Shown piece after piece: positions 52,870-64,000 of a DNA stretch of 64,000 bases. The position numbers and the translations under genes were made by a program. Under the pieces are notes generated by a model. The model saw nothing but the letters and a program-made list of their open reading frames with translations, made no database searches and was not told the DNA's origin. This stretch comes from Marsupella aquatica (Eukaryota; Plantae; Marchantiophyta), in contig OZ316898.1 in assembly GCA_973895155.1 (NCBI GenBank), positions 1,897,927 to 1,961,926 of the forward strand, in the 5' to 3' direction. Position 1 is the first letter of the stretch. Each line of letters starts with the position of its first letter.

Positions 52870-53517
52870 TTACAATACTTGGAGAAACGAGGCGCCAGGA
52901 GCCATAGCTCTGAGGAAGGCATCCGCCTGGCTGTCGGTACGAGCTCTGATCAAAGCGTCGGCCTGGCTCACGGTCCGAGTTTTGAAGAACATGTCCGTCT
53001 GACTCGGGGTTCTGAGCGAAATTCCTCTGGTGAGAACATTTGGAGGTTGCTGCGCAGCGAAAGCAGCGTTCGTTGCAGCTTGCTCCCTCGCCTCGATGGC
53101 AGCTGAATCAGCACTCAGACCCTTTGCAACAATCTCTGACGAGGTTCCCCAATTCACGGCCTGGCCCTTTGCAATTAGCTCAGCAGAGTAAGTCGGAGAA
53201 TCCACGGGCCGAGGCTTCTCTTTGAGGATCGTTGTGGTGGGAGGTTCCAGAGCTTTCCGTGCAGCCTGCTCCTCGGCCCTGTAAGCGCCCGTGAGCTCTT
53301 GCCATCCTGCTGGTCGCTCCGTATGAACTATTTCGAATGGGGTCTTAGCTCCTTGTGCAGCTATCTCTGCCTCCTTCTTACGTACGATCACAGACTCGAG
53401 AACCGCAGCGCCCTCGGCAGCGCGGCCCTTGTTGATTATCTCCAACGCAGTCGGAGTCTTCTCAGGAAAGCTTGTTGATTTCGGAGGCTCACGCTTAAAA
53501 CTCTTCGTTGGGTCCAT
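52870..53517 (-). CDS. Hypothetical single-exon Ala/Glu-rich protein (~215 aa)
   Basis: Uninterrupted ORF from MDPTKSFK with protein-like composition and three C-terminal RTxSQxDxx repeats. No family recognised. Confidence 0.6.
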   Translation of the reverse strand: MDPTKSFKREPPKSTSFPEKTPTALEIINKGRAAEGAAVLESVIVRKKEAEIAAQGAKTPFEIVHTERPAGWQELTGAYRAEEQAARKALEPPTTTILKEKPRPVDSPTYSAELIAKGQAVNWGTSSEIVAKGLSADSAAIEAREQAATNAAFAAQQPPNVLTRGISLRTPSQTDMFFKTRTVSQADALIRARTDSQADAFLRAMAPGASFLQVL

Positions 53518-55170
53518 CTGGCTTGCTAGTTGGAAAATCCTTTTCGCTATTTGCTTGCGGATGGACAATCTCCTGTAAACTGAAATGGATATCGTTCTTG
53601 TTTGCACTGATAATATACAATGTCTGGCCTACGGAACACCTTCAACCTCGATCTTCAATGTCAACTATCACCAATGATCCTGTCGATCAGAAGTACAAGT
53701 TCGTTTAGAAACTCTCAATTGTCACAAACAGCCGAGCATTGACCTGTACAAGGTCCGATAATCTCATATACTGATAGTATCTCATGTCAGGCCTTCCTAT
53801 TTGTTGTAACTACCAAAAGAAAGCCCAGGAATCTTGCATCCTGTACTAGTCGATTTAAAGCAAAGCAAATTGTATGAATATATCTTCCAGGGCGAAATTA
53901 TGAATCAGGCAACTGTTGAAAATCCTCCTGACGGCTTGCGATCATTCGATCGTTTCGAAAGATTTAGGCTGCAAAATTTCACTTAGTTTTCTTGAAAGGT
54001 TGCGATCGGTGCACGGATAGATTAAGATAAAGACGCAAACGAAGAAATTTTAACATTTGGATGTCTCGGTGCAAGTAATGTTTGTGGTATGAAAGGAATA
54101 TCCGCCAGGTTGAGAGGAAACGGATCACTGTTAAAAGCCGCGGGTGCCAATAGGCTGGACAGAGAAATAGCACTGCTATAACTCCTTGGAAAGATTCTTC
54201 TTGCATGACACAGCTCAAAGAAACATACTGGTGAAAAATAACACAACTCACGCTGCGTCTATATTGAGACAAGCCATTGAGTGAAAGACAATGCGAAGGC
54301 AAGCGATAAACAATTCGTATCAGAAGTTCCATCACGACCACCGAGAAAAGGCCCTCCATTCTGTCGATCATTGCTCCCAAGATTAAAATTAGGACGAGAG
54401 TATGAAGCGACGAGACGAGAAATCTCAAAGGTAAACTTCTCTGGAATCACCACAAGAAGGCCCTCACCTCTAGTGAATCCACCAAAAGCCCTGCAGAAGT
54501 TTTCGAGCATTGAATTACCTCCTTACGCGACTACTCCGTCAACTGGATTTCCATCGGATACATTTACCAGTCATCCATCTTTTGAGATACAACGAGAACT
54601 CTTACCAAGATGCTCTCAAGCACCATCGGAGTGGCGTCATCCCCTCCAAAATCTCCACGGAGCAAACGCAAGCATCGAAGAGATGGCGACATCAATTGTT
54701 CATTACCACTCCTCTAGCGCGAATATGACAATTCAATTTTGGTCCGATATATTGCTGGTCATCCATCTTGTGAGATCCCCAGAGAAGTATTATCAAAACG
54801 GCCTGGGGCACTCCAGAATGACCTCATCCTCTCCAGAAAATCCAGCAAGCAAATGAAAGCATCGAAGAGTTCAATTCTCTTCATCACGTTCCTTGCAGAG
54901 AATCACGAGAGTTGGCTTTTGCTCCGGCTCTGGCTCTGGCTCCGGCCAATCGTTAAAGACCAATTTCAGCCGCTCTTCTACAGAATAAGAATTAATTTCA
55001 TCAGATTCATGAGAACAATCGATATTGCCTAATAGTTTCGTTCCGGTGACATTTCGAAACCGCCTAGGAACCCGATTCTATTCTGGAAAGGCTCCGTGCC
55101 AGACACGATCCTCTGTGTTTGCAAGGGTCTCCCTTCTGGCAGCTTGGGCACGTACCACCTTCCACAGCAA

Positions 55171-55200
55171 CAAGAAAGAAAGAAAGAAAGAAAGAAAGAA
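55171..55200. repeat. (AAGA)n microsatellite
   Basis: aagaaagaaagaaagaaagaaagaaagaa. Confidence 0.9.
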
Positions 55201-57415
55201 CGGATGTGCCCTGTTCGCTCTCTTACGAGATTAGGATTGAGGTTTGATGGCTTCGGAGGGAAATGATCTATGAGGAAGAAATCGATAATCTCAGGGACGA
55301 ATTGATCGTGTCGAGAAGAAATTGACTGTCTGGGGCAGAGGTCTTGGAGGGAATTGATCTTCTAGGGAAGGAATTGATCAATTTCTGAGAGGCATCGAAG
55401 GTGTGGAGAAGAAACTGAATGTCTGGGTCCGAGAATTGTGGGAAGGAATCGCTTTTCTGATCAATTGTGGAGAATTTCATCTTGTGGGGAAGAGAATCGT
55501 CTGGGACAGAAATTTCGGAAGAAATTGATCTTTTGAGGAGGAATTGATTGTTTGAGGGAAAAATTATCGTCATGGGAAACTTGTGGGGAAAGTAGGTTTT
55601 CAAATACCAATCGATTGTCAATTGACAGCTTTCTTCATTGAGTACTCTTTTATTTTGCATTTCAAGTCTCATCCTTCTGATCATCAAGACCCCAGGTCTG
55701 GTGTTCACGCCCACCATCATTTACTTGGAAAATGATGTTGAAAAATCAGAGTGGTGTTGATTGAGGCTACATAGAGGGTGAAATGTACATTCAAACTCTC
55801 TGAATGGGCTCCATCAGTTTGCTGGGCACTCATTCCTTGACTAGATAGGAGTACCATGTACTGTTCCCTCACTTGCAAGGATAGCATTAACAAGTAATAA
55901 TAATATCCCTATAATATCCCCAATAATACTCTTAAGTTTAATGTTATAATTATAATCATAGGTAGGCTAACCTTAGTCACAGACTTAGTGACTCTGGTGA
56001 AGTTGTGCACTATTGTGGCTTGTGAGTATTAACTGAAGCTCACTCACTAAGTATAGAAATAAGGAAAACTAAGCACATTGTTGCTTGTGAGTATGAACTC
56101 AAGGTCACTCAAAATAGGGAAAACTTGTAAGTTGAGAGACAAGGAAATTTTATATTGGAAAATTTATATTGCAGAAACTAGGAATGAGTGACTGGCCAAT
56201 AATGCAATAAAATTCTTGTGTATTCCATGGCAGGTTAGGAACATGCCCATGATTTGTTTTAACTGGCCTAGAATCAATAAAACTCTTATGTGTTCCATGA
56301 CAATTTAATTAGTAAAATGCTGATAATTTTTATAGCTTCAACGTCGCAATCTACAGACGTACACTAGAGTTTGATTCACACACTAACCTTCCACTTGCCC
56401 CACCAGCGCAATTCACCTCAGTCAACATACTTGAGATTCTTGTATTTGCCAACAAGTCTTTATAATTCAGATAAACTCAAGTATTTTGGATGTTTAACTC
56501 TACAGTAGATCTCAGCTAGAACAGCAATCAGATCTGAACGACTTAGGATTGTCACGAACACAGTGATGACAGAATTCTAGCAAGACCCTGAGCAATGTGC
56601 CCGGGTCTCGCGGTTGACTGTGCACTACATTGATGAATCGATAAGTCTCACAAACCTCTGGCATGCATGGGATGCACTATGTCTAAATGTCAGCCGGGTG
56701 GTGCATGACAGGCAAGATTGACGGCTTTTTGTGCCTTGAAATATTTCATAGAAATTCCATTCATTGCAGTAATGTCGACAGCTTTTGGTCACATGAATGG
56801 TTATGTGCTTTAGTCCATATCGCGCACTAAATTTTAGAATACTTTGTAGAGAGCAGACGTACATCTCCAGGGAAGCTGCATTAAATTCTGGACTGTTCCT
56901 GCTTAGATCATGGTCACAAAGAGTGCAATTTTATACTATATCCAGGCATACATGCACTAGCTTGCACACGTAAATTTGGTAGGAATTCAATTCAAGCTCG
57001 CCAGAACGCTCTATTTCATCGATCCTCACCGTTCTTTTTAACGTAAAAGTAGCTTACGTACTGCTCCTTTTGGCAGCTTACTGCTCCTTTTATGAGCTTG
57101 TGAGGTACTTCTGGTGCCCAGCCCAGTGGCTTACGAAGACCTTAAAACTGACGGAATCCGAAGGCAGCTGTATGTGTTAAGCCAAATGGACTTGCAGCAT
57201 TCAACGAGAAAGCTCCAGTTGGCTTAGGTTAGCTTCCTTGTTGGTCTTGCACTGAGTCGAGCGTGACCTACGTGACTTTTGGACCGGAGTTCCACAGCAC
57301 TACTCTCAGCTGAAGTGTGGAATTTCTACCAATGTTGCTACACGCCGGATCGAACACGGTAAGCAGACAGTCTCAGGTGCAGATCGTGAAGACGCGCTCC
57401 CGATCTGTTGAGAAC

Positions 57416-60400
57416 ATGAGGTTACCGCTGTATCCAGTAGTGCTGCTGGGAATTGTGGGTCTTTTGCTGGTCAGTGGAGAAGTTGGGGCTCAGAGTGCGG
57501 GTGGTAAGGGTCACAACGCGATCAGCTTGTGCGCTGAACTCATCATTCCCAACGAGTACAACTGTATTGAGTACAAGGTATGTACACCTTTTCTCATTAT
57601 GAATTCCAATTATCTGATGTCCAATTCTGAATATTGATCGTGTTTTTATAATTGAAGTACTTTCAATATTCTCGATTGAAATTGTTCTGTTTGAGTTATT
57701 CGAAAAGGACCGAGAATACTCCTTTCGCAAAGCAAGGAGTCGATTATCTAATGCGAACTGCTCAGAATACTGTTCTCAAAACTATGTTGTAGCTTTTGGA
57801 CTAGACGGAAGTATCCGACTTCTAGACATTTTGTGTGAAATCATTGATACCCAATTGAGTCAGTGTATTGACAGTTCACGCAACTAGATATTTGGTTGTG
57901 TGCTTGATTTATCGCCCCACTTTGTCAGGTTTAAGTTGTTGCGACCGCCCGATCGAGGTTCAATCCTACTGCCTGTCTAGACGTTACACATGCATATCGG
58001 CGTCCATCGCAATCCGGACCAGTCTCTGTTCCAGTCACTGTGAGGAATGTCAAAGTCTCTAACAAGGGTCTATAGTTTCTATCTTCACTGACCTACAGTA
58101 TCACTGTCGCAGCCAGAAAGCTTGAAATCAAACACACGATCGGAAGTACTCTATTGCACTCTGTGTCTTACTAAGTTTCATTAGGTGCTTACCTACTGTA
58201 GCTCAGAGACTTGTTTTGCTTGATGTGCACTGCTTCTCTTTAATGATTACTTTGGACATTAAGGATGTAGGTGGCTCTCCTACCAGCCGAGAGAACAGCT
58301 CGGAGTCTAAATTGAACAAGTCAATGAACATTTTGGAAAAGGATGTGGATAGGATTTTTTCACTGTGAATTATGAGCTACAAAAGCTTGGAATGTAAATG
58401 TGTATACTCGTGATGCGTCATTGAACAGTACGTGTACATTTCACATCTTCCTAATCCGTCTACGGCCACGCTATAGATTCAGTTGTGATCATTGACCATT
58501 AACTTGCTCACAGGTTGTTACGGATGATGGCTTTATCTTGGGCATGCAAAACATCCCCTGCGGTCGCGGATTCGGGAGCGCACCGAATAATGGTCATCCA
58601 GTCCTCCTTCAGCATGGACTCACTGCTGTAAGTAACGCAAAGTTTGCTCATCGTAACTGTCATTTCGTTGACAATACATGGGTGGCGCTGGTTTGGACTT
58701 TTCCCACCTTTTCTTCTTTGAAGACTTTTCTGTCATATATACCGGACCAAAATTATTTTGCTGGACACAAAATTCAACATGTAATTGTTTCTGATCAGCG
58801 AAATGAACTTGAGCAGTATGTATATATCCTCTTGAGATTTCTGCACTTACCAAAATTTCGGCTCTCCCTTTTTCGGAGTTCTTTGTTTTCGTAGTATTTT
58901 CGTAGTTCTCCTCGATCGGTCCCCCGGGACTAAAGTTCATTTTGACTTACATTCAGTCTCTTTAGCCGTGAGTACGTGGCCTCAGCTTTTAGACAGACAA
59001 AGTTTCATAGTTAATGCAGAAATTGTTTCATTAGTGACATGATTTCACTGCCAGAACTTAAATTGTACTCTTGCATTTTCAACTTGCACTGTGCAGCGTA
59101 ATATTCATCGCTCTAAACCAGCCTGTTACATTACTTTAATTATAACCATCTTCGGAAATCTTCATTCAGGGAGGGGACAACTGGGTCGTCAATGGCCCTC
59201 AGGAATCTCTGGCTTTCATCTTAGCGGACGCTGGGTTCGATGTCTGGATTATGAATTCCCGAGCTATACAGTGGAGCCATGGGCACAAGACTCTCAGCCC
59301 ATCTGAAGATGTAAGTGAGCTTGCAAAGTAAAGTCGATCAACAGCTGGACTCAGAGCATTGCGCGCTCTCAGTCTCTCTGAGGCATTGTTTATCGAGACT
59401 AGTGATGAATTGAGACATTGTGATGTGGGGGAATGCAGGCGTATTGGGCATGGACTTATGACGAACTCGCAAGTTACGACTTGAAAGCCTCCACTGAGTT
59501 CGTCTACAATAAAAGAGGCGGCAAAAAGTTGTCATACATCGGCCACTCTCTGGTAAGGACCGTTTGTATTCCAGAAAGTCAGAGATGAACATTAAAGTAT
59601 TGCCTGTTTGCAAAATGTCATGCGGGTGACTTATTGTTGGGAACTTCAATCACAACAGTTGACTGCGTAGTAAGTGAACATTCTAAATAGTATGCACTTC
59701 TCTTCTGTCCTCGCTTTAAACACAAGGTCCTGCATGCAGCATCAACATTGATGCGACCTACGTAGATAACGCTAAGTGAAGTTATTGTGAATAAGACGTA
59801 AAGCTTATGCTGCAAGTCTCTGTTAATTAAGGTAAATCCCGACGTCAATCTATTCATAATCATGAAAATCGATGCAAATAGTGCAAATATAAAGCATCTG
59901 TAATCTAGACCATTGTATCCTTATATCCGGATCGATATCAGCCTGGATTTCAGCCCCTGGATAGCTTGGACTACAGCTGCGTTATCAGAGACAAGCTAAT
60001 GAGAGTCAAGTGACCGAAGTCTAGATTGGATGTTGATGCTTGGAGATCTGAAGTACTCTGATGCTAGAGCTTCAATATATTAAAAGCTGTAGCCAGGAGA
60101 AAGAAATGTTTGCAATACCTATGTCAAACGTTTCTTCGCTGTGCACCTCGAAAGTGAAAGGTTTTAGCAGCAATTTCTTCATAGTTCTCGATTATGATGT
60201 GCAGTACTGAACACTGAACACTGACATTTAAGTCTCGTTTTTGACCAATTCAATCAGGGAACCACAATTCTTATTGCAGGTCTCACTGACGGCCGTTTCA
60301 ACACTACAGTTCTTGGATACTTGAATGCAGCTGTGATGTTAGCTCCCATTGTAGGGTCAACCCATTCCAATCCCAATTCCAAGGCCCCGCTGCTCATAGG

Positions 60401-62185
60401 AGCAATCATGAATTACTCTTCTCCGGTACCGCTATTACTCTCAAGGCTTCTGCAGAAATACATTAATTTTGATTAGTTTGTGACTTGCATCGTGTTTTCT
60501 GGTTGTCAACAATGGAATAGATGAAAATCATCTTTGGACATCTGAGACAAGATTTACAAAGAAAGTATTATTTATAAGTGTGATAGTTCAGTACGTATTT
60601 GCTTTCAAGTTGGCATGCCTGGCTGTCTTCAGCATGAAACATGACTCTTGTTTCTTTGTATTCTCCTTGTCATGCCGCAGGCTGTCTATCTAGCTGGCGC
60701 CAAGGAATACGATACCTACGCGTGAGACATTTGAAATTGATGGAATCAAATCATGAAAAGTCAAGTTGGACTGCATTTCTAGCATAATTTTGTAACCTAA
60801 GAACCAGTCTGACTGGCAGTCCAATTCATTGAATGCTCTTTCGCTAATTGGGCCATCTTCCATGGCATGGATTTTGCAGGCAATCTCAACTTGCATGTGG
60901 ACCTCCTTTGGTGAACGTTGATCCCACTCCATGCTTCGAACTCTTCAGAGGAACTCTTGGTATGATTGTCTCTTGTCGTCTGTGATAGGCAGCACCATTC
61001 CCCTCCTGTGCCTCTACTTTTCTCATGCCTAGTTAAGTACTTTTTACCTTAGTTATCCCTATACTAAAGAAGCCAATCATTATCTCGACTATATTAACAG
61101 CTTTCTAATGGTTGAATCTAGATGCGCCCTGTACTAAAGAAGCTATTTCTTTCTACCATATTTCTAATGTTTAAATTTGCGCCCATGGATGAGACTAATA
61201 GATGGGTTAATCTAAATTCTATGGAGGAAGCCCATGCTGAAGGCACAGGTCATGAGCTACTGCTTCAATAATATGGCATTTGCAAAATGGCTGAAAAGTA
61301 TTTAAATTACTTGAAGTAGTCATAGAACTAAGAAATAGCCCTCGATGTTAGACGAGATTACATGACCATTCTCCTCTCTTATGACTACCTCTGGAGTTTT
61401 GCAGGTAACAGCAGCTACACCAATGCGTCTCGCCTTGGGTTCTATGCCCAATACTTTCCACAACCCACATCTACATACAACTTGAATCACCTTGCCCAAG
61501 GTAGGGTGCATCTTTCTTTTCAAGCTTGTCTACTGTCTTATGTTTTATAAACTTATTCTATGTCCAATCAATCATCCATATAGTATGTAGTATCTACCGT
61601 TGGTAAGGTAATTACACTAAGGGCGTGCAAAGTATCATATTACAACTAATAACACAAAAACAGTCAGGCTGTAACGGTACCACTCAATTAGGATGGGTCT
61701 AGCGGGTGTCCATTCAACATTTTACGTGTTCTATTATCAATTCCATATAACTGATTCTCAAGTCCTTTTGTGAAACTTAATAGTAACGTCAGTTAATCTA
61801 CAACTTTAAGGGGAGCGTTTTGACACAATGCTCATATTCTCAACCTTACACAGTCTTAACTTTTGTAATTGCAGGTTCTTTAACAATGAAATTTGCATTC
61901 TATGACAAGGGAACTAAGGATAATGAGGCTTCTTATGGGCAACCCACACCTCCAATTTACGACTTAACGTCGTTTCCAGCCAGCCTTCCAATGCAATACT
62001 GGATTGGGGGGATTGATGCAATTGCAGACCCAATCGATGCAGCAAATATTTTAGCTTTGGTGCCAAATTCAAATAGAGAAGCTCATACTCTACCAAACTA
62101 TGGCCATTCAGATTTTATTTTGGGTTATAATGCTTACATAGATATTTATCCATCTCTTATAGCATTCCTTAAGAAGCATGTGTAG
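57416..62185 (+). CDS. Secreted triacylglycerol (acid) lipase, LIP1/LIP2-like, ~9 exons
   Basis: Signal peptide, then [17 protein letters not shown]|[14 protein letters not shown]...PVLLQHGL; [14 protein letters not shown]; [14 protein letters not shown]...YIGHSL|GT (nucleophile); [14 protein letters not shown]; GGIDAIAD (Asp); NYGHSDF (His). Confidence 0.92.
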
Positions 62186-64000
62186 GATCCAGCAGCAAAT
62201 TCTATTATTGGCATCAGACATGCATACATGAGTTTATGAAAAAGATTATGGAAGTGGTCATTCAGACTTACCTATAGGAGGTGGTCAACTAGGTAGAACA
62301 GGGGGCAGCTATCATGTAATTACCAAATCTGCAGCAACAAAATTTTAGGTAGAAGGCTCCAGAGAGCGCAATCAGCAGACATGCTGCAGCCTGTATCACA
62401 CTCTAGACGGAAAGAGAGTTGATGTTGTTTGATACAAATCTGCAAATTGCTGTCGATATAAAGCTTGGGTGTTGCCCATTCCCTTTCAGTGATTTGGCAT
62501 GAGTTGAAGCATGAGTTGGAAGACAAAGGTAGAAGACAGGACAGATGGAGGTAAGAGAACTGAACCTGGACTCTTGGAGTAAAAAGGAGACTTGCATGTC
62601 TGCTTGTTCTTGTAAAGGCCCCCATTAGTCTCTACTTTGGATGTTGATCATTATTTAGAAAAGGAAGACTTGCATATCAGCTGGTTCTTGTAAAGCTCCC
62701 ATTAGTCTCCATTCATTGTAGATGTTGATAATTAGTACAAGCTTTTTGCCTTCTTGTATTTGCTTCTGGCCTTTTGAGTAAATATGCTCTTTTGCCTCTC
62801 AAGTTACTTTATCGTACTTACGCAGTTATCTTGAAGCTATGACCTACACGAGCCTGAATGATGGCTGCACAGAAAAGGCTGGGCCCCAACTGTACGCCCC
62901 AAAAAGGCAAAAATCCTACACCCCTTATACATTACACCCTCTCCATGCACAGGACAAGCCTTCCCTGTTAATAGTACCCATATACCTATTTGAGCTTTCT
63001 TCCTGATTCCAAGTGTAAGTGCCAGCATATTTCCCACCAAGTGTGCCCCATGAAGCACCATAGGATAGTACGTCGTGCCTAGAAATGAACATGGATTGAC
63101 GGGTGTCCAAATCATTTTACTCTGTTTTTCTTTTGGATTGTTTTTCTGGACAAACAAATGGACTCAAATGAAGGGTTGTTATGTTGCTGAGGCTTATCGT
63201 CATCCTCTAGCCAGGAATTTCAGGATATATAAGCTCAGATTGGATCTGCATTTTAGACCATTTGCTCACCAAGCTCATTTCTACAATTATAATTATATCG
63301 CCATCCTAAGACAATGTGCTTTTAAGTAGAGTGATATGGATTTAGGAGAAGAACAAACTTAGTTAGTTGACTTTGATAATAGAAAGAGAATTTTAAGTAT
63401 CCCATCCATTCAAGTGAAGAAAATCAAAACCCTAGACACAAAAACCAAGATTCCATTTCAAATAGGTTGCTCTTTTTCTCAGACAGAATTAAATTGTGAA
63501 CCTCTGCTTTAATGCTTGTGAGGAAAAGAATGAAAGTTCTCCCCAGTGATGGACCTTGCCACCCAGCGCCCTCACCAATCCCAACACCCACACCTAAGTG
63601 CCCTTGGTGCCTGAACGCCTCCATGGAACTCCTTGAGCAAGCAACTTGTTGCCCTCAACCCAACCGCGGCCCCTCCCATACAAAGCTGCACTTGGCCTCT
63701 AGCATGACCGTCGCTCAACGGTCCTCATTGTCTGCACAAGCAACCAAGCAGTCTGGTAAGTAACCCATAAGTCGGCCCATAAGGATCTAGATCTCCCAAG
63801 TCTAGCATCTTAGTTAACTCAAGCTCAACAGACATTTGGTAAGTAGGTCAGCAATAGGTTCTCCCGATGCCATAAGCTGGAACCAAAATCGATACCCACT
63901 GTTCATCCAGAATAGGTCCTTCCTTGGGTGCAGCCCGGGTTCCCCTCGTATCTATCCATCACCAACTGACCACCCTGCCCCCAGGACATTCTCATGGTCC

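Noticed and set aside
54281-54856. 191-aa ORF on the + strand
   Set aside because: No family motif and overlapping ORFs of similar quality in other frames; a real gene is not excluded.
55268-55720. 150-aa ORF with PDxQFLL repeats
   Set aside because: Explained by degenerate gaattgatc-type DNA repeats; no identifiable product.
63424-64000. GC-richer edge segment resembling decayed TE coding sequence
   Set aside because: Stops interrupt the frames examined and no diagnostic motif is visible before the window ends.

Overview
Eukaryotic, intron-rich genomic DNA from a flagellate-sperm land plant, most likely a liverwort or other bryophyte. This is inferred from an intact-looking CFAP100 ciliary gene, a Cys-less bryophyte-type germin and SERAC1-like alpha/beta-hydrolases. 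The left ~34 kb is a nest of transposons. It opens with a CACTA/En-Spm element whose transposase N-terminus runs off the left edge (termini at 10340 and 11295). Upstream of the transposase, on the same strand, the element carries compact accessory ORFs: tandem BRCT, an intronless EDM2-type PHD-finger cassette and a Cys-rich ORF. It also holds an RPL18a exon fragment on the other strand. The CACTA interrupts the integrase of a Ty1/Copia element, which itself contains two 8-bp-TSD MITEs. Further right are a G-rich MITE with TTAGGG motifs, Helitron termini, a solo LTR, decayed hydrolase paralogs and a germin-like gene. The right part is genic: a predicted spliced membrane-anchored tandem (two-domain) alpha/beta-hydrolase, a TSSC4-like gene, CFAP100, an orphan ORF and a triacylglycerol lipase. 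The best candidates for new biology are the CACTA-borne chromatin-reader/BRCT cassette and the tandem-hydrolase gene. All family calls come from motif recognition by eye, without database searches.
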